Positions 49,959 through 61,582 of a DNA stretch of 64,000 nucleotides are shown piece after piece; positions within the stretch are counted from its first letter, which is position 1; each line of letters starts with the position of its first letter. The DNA lies in NCBI GenBank assembly GCA_040285855.1, contig JAUFOQ010000002.1, positions 620,001-684,000 of the forward strand, given 5' to 3'. A program made the translations under genes and the position numbers. This stretch comes from Eukaryota sp. GEM-RC1. Taxonomy: Eukaryota. The notes beneath the pieces were generated by a model that had not been told where the DNA came from, ran no database searches, and was given only the letters and a program-made list of their open reading frames with translations.

Positions 49959-52545
49959 CTAGTCCGACTTCTTCCTTTCCTCCACGTCGTCACTAATTTC
50001 AGAAGGACTTTCGTAGTTTTCAAGATCTGGACTTGATGATCTTTCTTCAGGACTCTCCTGGACATCTCCAGGACTTTTGACGACTTCTTCACTCTCACTT
50101 GATACTATTTCTTCTTGACTAAACTCAGGAAGACCTAGAGATTCCGCCAATCGAGGGTTCCCCTTCCACAAAGAACCTCTCCAATTCTCCACACATTCTT
50201 CTACCTTAGAGGGAACAAAGGTTCTAGCAAAGAAAGAAGCTTCGGCATAGAGGTTATTCTTAACAAACAGATCTAAACAACCATCGACGTCTGAAGAAAC
50301 AAACTTGGAAATGAAGGATAAATGAAAGTTATTGAATTCATGAGCTCTACTTTTGACAGAATTCACTAGTTCCTGGTCATCTAGGGCAACTCCCAGCACT
50401 AACAAGGAGGGAAGATCATTGGCTTTGGAAAGCATTTCCTTAGCAACATCAAATTTACCAATTTTCATTGCAGCTGTTCCGATTGACTTGAAGAGCTCAG
50501 GGTCATCAACATGATTGGCAAGATCACATGCACGGTCAAAATCATTAATCTTCAACGACAATTCCAACTTTTTCGTTACATCAGTTGTCAACTCAATTGC
50601 CTTTTCACTCAGCCCTAGATTCTCCAATTCAATCGCAATCTGAGAAGCAGCAAAAGATCCTTTAATTCTAGGAACGAGTTCATCTAAAAGCTCAAATTTC
50701 TGATGCAGCAATGCTTCAAAGGACAGTATCAAATCCTTTTTCAAAGTCATTGGGTATATAGAACCATTAGCATCAATAGTTAAATAAAACTCGACATCTT
50801 GTAGGTAGCCCAATATATAGTGACTACAAGTAAGTTTCTCTAATTGAGTGGGTGAGAACTCTCCGCACCAATACATTAGCTTAAAGTCAGGAGAAGTCAA
50901 ACTGAAAATGATTGAATCACGTGAGACCCAGACTACACTTTCAACAGAAGTAAAGGTCAAATCTCCCTTGACTTGGAAAGAATCTTCGTCTTCAGCAACA
51001 TCCTCTAGATAATCTAACAAAAACAAACCATCGGATCCATATATTACAACGCTGGTACCTTCAGAATTCCATTGAATTCCTCTAACTGACACGTCAATCC
51101 TCTGTACAAGATCTCCACTATCCCAGTCGTAGAAACAAGCAAAGGCCTCAGTACAAGCACAGAACAAGGGTCCAGAGAAGACAAACGAAGGGACAAAGCC
51201 TAGGGAAACCGTCAGAATGGTGGAAAAGTCCTTCTGACCTGTTTGTTTACAATGAACATAGAACTTAGATCCAGAGGAAATACCAAAGATGATCCCGGGT
51301 TTACCCACTGCCCAGCAGAACCCGTCACCTTTACCAGACTCCTGAGGAGCCAAGGCGAGAGAAGAGAATAGTGACCACTTGCCACTTCCAGCAACTGCCA
51401 CGTAACGACCCTCAGGACGATGAATGATACTGTCAACAGTGAAGTCAATGCCTTTGGACCTCGTCGGTTCAAGAGAGATTTGTTGGTTTTCTTTGATAGT
51501 TAATCCTTTACGTAGAACTCTCTTAGGTTCTAGTAAAGCCAATTCTCCTTCCTTATACATGACTACTCTACCATCAGTACCATAACTAGCCACAGGGGTG
51601 TCCTTAGCTAACTTAAGTACCACACAACCATCATCAGCACCAATTGCCAATACAGAGGAGTTCGGGGGAGCAGCAAGAGACCAGACTCTGTTCATCCCAT
51701 AGGACAGGGTGTTAATGGAATCGAAGGAGGGAACTTCCAAGAGAGAGACGGAGCCGTCCTCAGCTCCAGTGGCAAGAATGGGAAGGTGGGGGTGGAAGAG
51801 AACGGCAGATACGTTGTTGGTGTGGTGGTCTAGAGTTCGAACACAGGTACGATTGTTGAGATCCCAGATCTTAACGGTGTGGTCGTCGGCAGAGGTAGCA
51901 AGGTAGGGAAGATCAGCATGTGCACAATAGGAAACACAGTCCAAGCCCTTAGAGTGACCAGTGAGAGTGAAGAGGGTCTCCTTGTGTTTTAGTGACCAAA
52001 CTTTAGCGGTGTTATCTAGAGAAGCACTAGCGAATTGAGCGGGATCATTGGGGTTGAAAGTAATGGCCATGACGTAATGACCGTGGCCTTCAAAAGTGGC
52101 AGTGAGAGAGGTTTCTCCAGATGACTGCCATGTATATGCACGAATGAGGGTGTCATCACCAGACACTAAGAAGATGGGTTCAGTGGGATGTACAGTGATT
52201 GCTCGAAGATAATCTCCAGAAACGTTGATTTGTTGGACTTTTTCGGAGGTATTTGTATTGAAGATTCTTACAAAACCGTCATCAGAAGCAGTAACGATCC
52301 ATGACATTCCATGATGTGAAGGAATCCATCGAGCTGCTCGAACTGATATTAGTGAGAAAAGAATATATACCTGGATCACTGGAAACGACGATATTGGATA
52401 CAATTGATTGTGTAATGTAGTTGTAGATTGTGACTGAGCCATCATAAATTGAGCAAAGGACAAAGGGTTGTGTATCATGGAAATCGACACACTTAACACG
52501 TTTAGATTCAGCGACAAAGAGTCGTTGAATAGAAGAAGATGGCAT
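49959..52545 (-). CDS. COPB2: Coatomer subunit beta' (Sec27)
   Basis: SKRVKCVDFH, FEGHGHYVM, FASASLD, WD40 repeats, YAEASFFARTF; intron 52343-52370. Confidence 0.95.
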
Positions 52546-52600
52546 TTAGAGAAGGATCGAGTGAAGAGTGAATGGAAGAATATCTACCTCACACATCTTC

Positions 52601-53317
52601 ATGGACGACTCAGCCTTCTCCTTCTCCTTAACTACATTCTCTCCTTCAGGTAAACTTGTACAGATCGAACATGCTCTTGCTGCTGTATCCGGTGGATCGA
52701 CTTCTATGGGAATACGAGCCGTTGATGGCACTGTGATCGCAGCAGAGAAGAAAATCCCTGGTCCCCTTCTTGATGAAGAATCCATCCAAAAAGTTGTTCG
52801 AATTTCCACAACTGTGGGTCTTGTATATTCCGGACTTGCTCCAGATTCACGGGTGTTGATCAACGCTGGTCGTAAAGCTGCCGTTGCATATGAACAGAAA
52901 TACGGTGAAGCTATGCCGACACGTCTTGTTGCACGTAGACTTGCAGAAGTTATGCAAGAATACACACAGAGTGGAGGAGTTCGCCCCTTTGGAGTCTCTC
53001 TACTTGTTTGTGGTTACGACGATGCTGGTCCTCAATTATTCCAGGTTGATCCTTCTGGTTCTTTTTGGGCATGGAAAGCCACAGCAATTGGAAAATCACA
53101 GTTGAACGGAAAGACCTTTTTAGAAAAACGGTATAAGCCTACTATACAGATTGAAGACGCTATTTTTACGGTTTTGCTGGCACTGAAAGAAGTTTATGAT
53201 GGTCCAGTGACGAATAAGAACATTGAGGTTGGAATAGTTATGGAACAAAACGGAAAGATTCAATTCAACAAGCTCACACCAGAACAACTTTCTGAATATC
53301 TAGCACAAATTGAATAA
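52601..53317 (+). CDS. PSMA2: Proteasome subunit alpha-2
   Basis: SFSLTTFSPSGKLVQIEHAL, QEYTQSGGVRPFGVS, AWKATAIGK, FLEKRY. Confidence 0.95.
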   Translation: MDDSAFSFSLTTFSPSGKLVQIEHALAAVSGGSTSMGIRAVDGTVIAAEKKIPGPLLDEESIQKVVRISTTVGLVYSGLAPDSRVLINAGRKAAVAYEQKYGEAMPTRLVARRLAEVMQEYTQSGGVRPFGVSLLVCGYDDAGPQLFQVDPSGSFWAWKATAIGKSQLNGKTFLEKRYKPTIQIEDAIFTVLLALKEVYDGPVTNKNIEVGIVMEQNGKIQFNKLTPEQLSEYLAQIE

Positions 53318-53734
53318 GGCTATTTGGGCTAATAAAGTACAATTCTATGTGACTTTGAGTTCAATTTCATTTTCAGGGTGGGATACTAGTAGCATCTAAT
53401 TACAACAATAGAGTCCTAATTATACTAATCCAGCACACACTACAACAAGAACAAACCGTATTTATCAACACAAATCTGCAACTACTTGATGTGAAAATTG
53501 GTCTTGACAGTAGTACATCTTCATACTCACTACTCTTACAGCCAATTACTGCAAAATAGTAGTGTAAATTACTTAATGTACTTCAAATGTCTGTTTAGTT
53601 AATTCACGATCAATAGATGGACATTTCACATAATCAACATTACCACTTCGAAGAACTACATAAACAGACAACCAACTCTACACCTAAAACGAACTACAAA
53701 TTTCCACCAAACAGTTTGATCAAAAGCAATCATG

Positions 53735-53989
53735 ACAAGATTCTAAAGACTCTTTAGTATCGAGGGAAATGTTAGCCTTCTCTTTAGTTAAAAGAAGGCT
53801 AAGATGTCCTTTATATTCCAATTATTTTCAACTAAATTATTGTTTACTATTTTTTTCTTTATGCTTCTACTACTGTGAATTTCATTCCAAATGCATAAGG
53901 GCATAACCCTTCAGCATTTTCATGAGATAAACCACAGTTGACAAAGTCCTCATTCGCAAAGTCTTTTAAAACGAGCTAACTTCATAGAT
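53735..53989 (-). ncRNA. Candidate omegaRNA of Fanzor copy 2
   Basis: Three stem-loops (53743-53757, 53772-53802, 53889-53919) just downstream of the Fanzor stop codon; boundaries unknown. Confidence 0.45.
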
Positions 53990-56900
53990 TCAAGATTCCT
54001 GATCTTTCTGGTTTACGTGTGAGTCCTTGGGTACATCTTTCTTAGGCTTATTTGGACAAGTTGTTTTGTTATGTCCAGGTTGAGAACATATACGACACTT
54101 GTTAGGACCTCTGACAGTTGTTGGAGGACGTTTTGCCTTACCCTTACCCTTACTCACAGTCTTTTTCTTAGGAATCTGATCTGTATTCCCGCCATCCACG
54201 ACAGGTGTTGTTTGAGATTTTGGTCTCTCGAGGATGGCAGGTCTACCTTGACCTTGAATGGTTCCATTTACAATATTGTAAATATTGATAGCAGAATTGA
54301 AGTCTCTATTCCAGAGGACATGACATTTAGCACATTCAACTAAGCCCCATGGTGAGACTTTGTTGTTCTTCAATCTTTCTTTCGAAAATGGCAACTGGTC
54401 AGTCCATTCTTCATCAAAGTTACGCTCCACAATATTGTCTAAGTGATTGTGTTCCATAATTTCCTTTTTTAATTCTTTCTCTTCCTTCTGTAACTTCTTC
54501 TTCCAATGAGGATCAGTGACTTTTATCCTTTCAGGATTGGAACAGATACCTTCGTCGTTTGTGGAAACACATGCAGAGCAACATTTGCTGGTCTTAAATT
54601 CATCAACTAGGAACACTTTAAATCCAAATTTTCTCAATAATTTCCGAATTGAAGCACCTTTTACAGTCGATGCTTTACCTCTTCTTCGACGAAAAGCAGT
54701 GTCGTTCCAGTCTCCATACCCAACAACGACTTCATCTGGGTTTCCAAACTGGAGAGCAAATCTGTGAAGCATGTTTTTCTCACTTCGTTCCTTTCTTGAA
54801 TACTGTGTGAGACGATTCCGTCTAAACCACTTTTCTTCGTAAATTCCTTCTGTAGTTCTTTGATCAGTAGTGGGTGATCGTAGTAAAGAACAGGTAATTT
54901 CTTTACCAAGAACAAAAGCAGAATACTGAGTCAATTCACAAGATTTACTACCTGGCGAGTTAGAGCCCCATTGATCTAAAATTTGTTGCCCATTTATGTC
55001 AATGCGTCTGCCATCTGGAATGTGAATAAATTGGGTAGAGTATTGTTGTAACCGTTCAGATTCAGATAAACGGTGGAGATTATATCGTCTTATTTTCTTC
55101 TCCAGCTTCCTCTTCTTTCTCTTAGCTCTTTTTCTTTCCTTCCTTGTTTTTTTCTTTTTCCATGGAGACTTTTTAATATCGGCATTGCGTTCCCCAGCAG
55201 TGTATCTGAATACTTTCCAATTGTCTCGATTTTTCAACTTGACAGTTGATGGTTTGTCAATAGTGGGTGCGTCTTTCCAATCCTTCAATTCCTTTTTTAA
55301 TTTTTTCAAGCTTCCTTTTTTCTTTGACGATTTTGGACAAATCTTTCTTCTTCTGAGATTGGCTGATGTATCGAAACCTTCGATTTCCTTTTCCTCCTTA
55401 GATTTTAAAGAAGCACAATACATCAAATCATGCTGATTAGGATCAATAGCAACAATTCTTTTTGATTTCAAATTTAAGTTTTGAATTTCTGTGGAACTCA
55501 AAGAATCAATGTACCTTTCAGTAGCTGTGTAGTCAACAGCTTTCACCTTCTTATGAGGATTTCCTTTCCCATCAAGCAGATCTTTCCGCATCATTATTAA
55601 ACTACAACTAACTCCATCTGTAGAAATAGAACTGTATTTGAAGTCATGAGACAATGACTTTGGAAGACACTTTGGTTTCAAAACTGAGTGCCAAATATCT
55701 TTTCGAACGTCATCAAAGCTTCCTTTAATTTCTGATGCATAAACTTCTTTAAACCATGTAGTATCCAATCTGATATGATTAGGAATCAATGATTTTGTTA
55801 GAGGAAAAGGATTATTGGCAGTAACACCAGGACAAGAGTCTTCAACAAGACGTTTCAAATACACTGCATGACTTAAGAATTTCAAAGGATCTACTTTTTC
55901 AGCATAATAGATTGATTTCTCCATTTTACCTTCAAAAAAAGTAAACAAATAGTTAAAAAATAGTAAACTCAGTCTAGACTTGGGATCAGGAAACACTTCA
56001 ACATCTTGAAAATTAATTTTTGAAACTTCCCCATTAATGATCAACTGTCTGATTTCATTAAGCTTTGTACACAACTCTTGTCGTTGATTCTTATCACTAA
56101 GCTTGTTAAGTCTATCTTTTTCAGGGTAACCAAATTAAATACTTGAAAAACATATTCGTGAAAGTGTTCACACATGTTGGTCTTGTAATTTGTAATAATT
56201 TCTGTTCCCATGTAATGCAATATACGAGATAAACGATGACTACTGGGAAACACAATCCTATCAAGTCCAACGGAATCAGCAGCTAGTTCTAAACGAGGAA
56301 TGTAATGCATCAAGAAGTGTTGAGCAAACTGATTTTGAGTTGAGCCATCATTTGTGTTAGAAATTATGTTTTCTAAAGATTCTTGTACAGTCCTAATATG
56401 ATTCTGATTGTTTACAAGTTTGTAGTCCCTAATCGTCATCATAGACAACACTTGTTCCATTGATTTCAACGTAAAAAAATTGTTCCAGTCTGACAATTCA
56501 ATTTTGTAAGTTTGAATTCTAGTCCAAAGGTCAGGTTCAGGTTCACCACTCGCATCTTCAATATTTTCTAATTTAATAGGAGGAGTAGCAGCATCGATAG
56601 ACTCTGAATGTACATCTGTTTCTTCTTCAGTTGACTCATCTGTATCAGAATTCATTTCTTCCTTAACAGTTACATTTGGAACAGTAGCAGGCAGTAACTT
56701 CTGAATGTAACCTAAAATACCTGAATGTTGAAAATTATGAACAAAAAAATGTTTCAAAAGAGAGAACCACGGACTCTTACTTGATGAGCTCTCTTAACAC
56801 GAGATTCAATAAATTTAACCTTCGCTTTGGATACAACATTGTCTAGTCGTTTCTTAACCACTTTCATTGGTGACTTTGAACGTAATGTTTGCTTTTTGGG

Positions 56901-59033
56901 ATCCAATAGGTCAGCCAACAAGTATTCAATCAGAGGTAATTGTTGAATTGAGTTCATCAACAATAGCGGTCTTGTCGATTCCTTGGCCCAAAGTTCATTT
57001 ACTTTCTCCAAATTTTTTACAAATTTCTTTTTAATCTTATCGACCTTCACTTTGGGATTGTCTGGAACTAAAACATTAATACTGTCAATTATGCCATGCA
57101 AGTTTTGGACATTATTGACCAATTGAACTTCATCAGGATCAGAGTCATGATTAAGATCTTCCAAGCGTTTGACAGTTTCATTTTTAGAAAAATTATTCAT
57201 TTCAAGAAAAATTTGAACAACATTTTCCAAAAAACGGCCACCAGTAAAGACATAAAAATTCTTCAGTACAGCATTCAAATCAAGACTAAAAAACGGACCA
57301 AAAGTTGTTTCCTTACACCATTTGTTGAACCAAAAGGGAATGTAGGGTTTAAATTCTGGAAAAGTAAACGTTGTATTGATTTTGAGGACTTGACAACGTG
57401 ATACAAGAAAGGGAAATGTATCTAAGTGAAAGTCATAACTCACAAACAATCGTGGACAATGTTGAGTAATGAAGGAAATGAAGTTTTTAAGCATACTGGA
57501 TTCACTATCTGAAATATGTAAAGTACACAAATCCAAGTTTGTAGTATCAAAATTGCCATGAGAAAATAAATGCTTTTCATTAAACTCATTGTGATCAATG
57601 ATCTGGATGGAAATTGATACAATCGGATCAACAGAAGAATCACGTTTAACTTCTAATTGATCTTCAGCTTCACCTTCAACAGTTTCAATGTCATCATCAT
57701 CTTGAACAAGTTGAACATTTTTGCCATTAATTCTTTCTGAATTGTCAAAATCACTTTGAACGTCAATCAAACAAAAAGCTGGAAGATTATTCCAAAGTAG
57801 AGGGGATTTAAGAAAGTCTTGAATTTGTATTTCTTGTTCGATAGGCTCAGTGTGTAGATTTACTTCCATTTTATGGATTTCTTCTTGAATTGGTGATGGA
57901 TACGACATAATGGAGGCATGTGATTTTGGTGGTAGTTCAGATGGTGGTACTTCAGATGGTGATGGAGCTAATTCAGATGATGGTACTTCAGATGATTCCA
58001 ATGTGGACATACGGCGGTGAGTCTTTCGTATTGGAGTGTCACCAGTTGAAACAAGGGAGCTGGTAGTTCTAAATTTATTTCGTTGAATTAAAGGTGAACC
58101 TCGTGGTGATGGAATATCAGAAATTTTGGGCTTACTTTTTTTAGTGCTAAAACCAGTAGATGTTTTAGTGCTAGCAAGACGTGAACCTGTGAGAGGAATT
58201 GAAGTGGTTGGATGTTCTTTACCGGCAGGAGGTTGAATGGGTAACGATGGTTCAATAGGAGCTACTGTGGTTTGACGTTGTTGTAGATAAAGTGTCCTTT
58301 GTTGAGACAATACATCCCGAATTTTTTCACGAAATATGTCTGCTTGAAGTTCATTGTTCACTTGGACCAAATAAGTTTCCAAATACATCAGAGACGGAAC
58401 ATACGTGAGTCTTTTAAAAAGTTCAACATATTTTTGAATATACGCAATGACATAAACTCCACAGTCGTTAGCAGACTGTGTTTTAGTCACAGGCACATAA
58501 CGGAAAACATACCCCCATGGCACAAGTACTTCGGATAATATGTCTACAGCTGATTTTACCATAGACTTACTCATATCTTCGCTAGTTAACATTGGATCAA
58601 TGAAGATCCAATCCTTTTCAGAACAGTCTATAATGGCTAAACCCCAATGATAACCAGTGACACCTTCTCTGGAATAATTAGCATTTCTAGTCATGGTATC
58701 ACTAAGGGGAACAAAGAGATATTTGGAGTTTGTTCTTTGATTTCGCTGAATTTTCGTCAACAACCATTGATCTAGCGGGGCATCTGGTGAAACAATATAT
58801 TGAAGCAATGTGGTCGGATGGATAAACATGCTTTCAAAGTCTAACTCTGCTTCTTGAAATATCACTTTACAGTACTCCACTATCGCTTCGTCATCAACCC
58901 ATTGATGAGGATAAACTGAGTTTATGGCTTCTTGAGTTACGGGTCCTGGATTGGATTCAATATCACCATCAGCGGTGAGGTCTTTTGGGAACGGAGGATG
59001 GGAAGGGATAAACAGGGGAGACGAGTACTTCAT
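53990..59033 (-). CDS. Giant multidomain Fanzor1-like protein: 2A - Ulp1 protease - degenerate PolB exonuclease - Fanzor - CCHC knuckle (~1,680 aa)
   Basis: IVAIDPNQHD (D 55442-55444), YGDW, VDEFKTSKCCSAC (E 54599-54601), CAKC..WNRDFNSAINI (D 54302-54304), CRICSQPGHNKTTC. Adding one base to homopolymers near 56757 and 56118 joins three ORFs and restores alignment with copy 1; no in-frame stops. Confidence 0.88.
58941..58964 (-). other. 2A-like ribosomal skip (StopGo) motif DIESNPG-P
   Basis: KDLTADGDIESNPGP exactly matches D(V/I)ExNPGP. Confidence 0.85.
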
Positions 59034-59070
59034 GGCAACAAATGTATGTGTTGATAAAACACAGAATGAA

Positions 59071-59443
59071 CTGTCCTTATCTAAACTCAACTGAGCCCGA
59101 AACCGTGCAATGGAAACAGTCACAAGTTGAGTCAGATAAGGACAGGATGGCGGCATTATCGAAGCAACAGAAGTGGAGGCAGTGGAGGGAAAGAACTGTC
59201 CTTATCTAAACTCAACTGAGCCCGAAACCGTGCAATGGAAACAGTCACAAGTTGAGTCAGATAAGGACAGAATGGCGGCATCATCACAGCAACGGCAGTG
59301 GGGAAAGCAACGGCATTCATCACAGCAACGGCAGTAGAGGGAGAAGCAACGGCAGTGGAGGGAAAGAACTGTCCTTATCTAAACTCAACTGAGCCCGAAA
59401 CCGTGCAATGGAAACAGTCACAAGTTGAGTCAGATAAGGACAG
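59071..59443. repeat. Three identical 75-nt hairpins
   Basis: Units at 59071-59145, 59196-59270 and 59369-59443; stems CTGTCCTTATCT/AGATAAGGACAG and ACTCAACT/AGTTGAGT; linkers built of GCAACGGCAGTGG-like repeats. Confidence 0.93.
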
Positions 59444-59598
59444 GATGGCGGACAACATCTGTTTGGATGCAGAACAAACGACATTTATACTGTAGGAGGA
59501 AGGAAAATGAAATCCCACACAGACTGTAATGGACATGTGTGTGTGAATTCACGTGTTAAAAAACGAAATCTGTAATAAAGTCTATACCAGAATTTCCC

Positions 59599-61124
59599 AT
59601 GTCCTACTCAATCTTCAAACTCAGAAATACTTCTGAACAAGAAAGTCGTTCCCGTACCATCAAAACATATATGAAACTTGTTGTAAAGCTTGCTGATAAG
59701 CATGCAGTTAATTTGTCACTTGTTCTTCTTCCTTATGGAACATACAATTCATGGAGAACTAAATCCATCCACATAACGGAAGTGTCAACATCTGACTTAC
59801 CAGATGATCTTAAAAAGGGTACCATGGATTTTTGCCTCAGCTACAAATCAGCCGTTGCCATTGTGCTAGATGTTGATCTAGAAACTGTTCATCTCTTTCC
59901 TTTTGATGGTTCTTATGAGAAGCGTGACATATCTCTTCCACTTCCTTCAACAACTTCAACTCTAAATCATCTTAAGGATCTACTCAAAGACGTTAAAGGA
60001 GATACAATTGCTCTTTCCCCTCCTCCTCCTCAGCCTCAATCTCCTGCTCTTTTACATGATTGTGACATTACTCGCATTGACGATACTCCATCTCAAGTCG
60101 TTTTTCCTTCACCAAAACGTCGTATTGATAACTTCGCAATCAATCATATTCATTCTATTTTCTCTGAACCATCTGAAATAGTTCCTGTTCCAGTCAGTGA
60201 TAATGCTAATTTATCTAAACCTATGAAACGCAAAAAACAACGTAACCCGTTGATTCTTTCTGTAGATTTAATCAGTGATCAGTTTTACATAAATTCAAAA
60301 TTAAAATTTGAATTTAGTGATATTGAGAAAATGTTGACAAAGGATGATAGGGAAGGTAAAACACAACTCTTGTTGAGTTCTGAACTTGATTTCATTGTGA
60401 TGCTTGCATTCCAAAAATTTAAATCAAGTAGGTACAAGTTCCTGCAATCTCAAGAAACTCAACAGTTGGTTGGTGATCCAATATGCTATGCCTTACATTC
60501 TGGTAAGGCTATTGTCGATACACTAAAATCAGGAAAAGAATTCTTGCCCCATTATGTTTGGTGAAAGAACATGTTCCTGGTGATGCAGGATCTGGTCATT
60601 GGATTCTTATTGAATTGTTTCTTAATGAAGCAAATGTTTTATTATTCAATATTTATGATTCTTTGGATTATTCATTAACCACAGAATTAATCGTTAATCC
60701 TTTTAGAACTGTTTATGGATGTGGGGAAACAAATCTGTTTGCAAGATTACCAGAGTATAAGGTGGACTACTATATACCTTTTGCACAGTCAACATCGTCT
60801 CTTATCTGTGGATGGATTGTCTGTTTGAATGTTACTTTAATTTTACAAGGATTAATGGTTGATGCACGTCAGGAACAAAATCAGACAAAATTATACACTA
60901 ACAGATCAAGAAAAAATCTATGTCTTGTTATGTATGATCTACTTCAGAGTGTACAACCTGATTTGGTGACAGAACAAAATGTAATTGATGGTTCAACAAC
61001 AAAATTTGATAACAAATCGTTGAAGACAGAAGACGAAAATGAAGTTTTAGGGAAAAAAACAGGAAAACGAAGAATTAAAACCACTGCAAGTGCTTTTGGA
61101 ATCAAAAAGACTTTAAAAAAATGA
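59599..61124 (+). CDS. Ulp1/SENP (C48)-like cysteine protease
   Basis: One T added near 60545 gives FFAPLCL...GHWILIEL...IYDSL...AQS...ICGWIVC. Confidence 0.7.
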
Positions 61125-61582
61125 ATTGACAGTGATAGAGAATAAATAGTACAATATAGATGTATTTATAATTTTGTAAAACATATAAGAATAACACAGC
61201 AAATAAACAATAATAATTGTACAATATTACAATGTTCAATTTTGCAGTTTGAACTGTGTCAGACGTAGTCTGAATACCAATGTTTTGTTACATAGTTATT
61301 ACACACAGAACAATCCGTGAATTTCATCCACCTGAAATCTGACAGAAATTTGTTACAGATTTAGTATGTCAGAAAATGTGACATATAAAACCAGACCAAT
61401 TTGTTACATATTCAGTGTAGATGTGGTAGCATAGTTTATGTGAAAAATCATGGTATAAATTATAAATTTAGACCAGATAAACCCAATCAATCAACTTCTT
61501 CGTTGATTGATAAATAAAGAAAAAATTGTAATAAAGTATATTGTTCTACATAATAAAAAAACATCAATGAATTATTGAAAGA

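Noticed and set aside
52546..52965. Antisense ORFs over PSMA2 and similar shadow ORFs over other genes
   Set aside because: Overlap well-conserved genes on the opposite strand and lack motifs
53990..56074. Bacterial TnpB/Cas12 contamination
   Set aside because: Contiguous with intron-containing eukaryotic genes; Fanzor1-type motifs; eukaryote-specific 2A and Ulp1 modules
56041..56760. Programmed ribosomal frameshifts in the Fanzor polyprotein
   Set aside because: The same single-base homopolymer losses occur in housekeeping genes, and copy 1 is in frame at both positions; cannot be fully excluded without reads
59071..59145. Hammerhead ribozyme in the hairpin unit
   Set aside because: Contains CTGA and GAAA but no CUGANGA core or three-way junction on either strand
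59071..59443. CRISPR array
   Set aside because: Repeats are 75 nt, linkers are unequal and related to each other, there are no cas genes, and the context is eukaryotic
59298..59495. 65-aa ORF across the hairpin repeats
   Set aside because: By-product of the repeat; non-ATG start; no recognisable family
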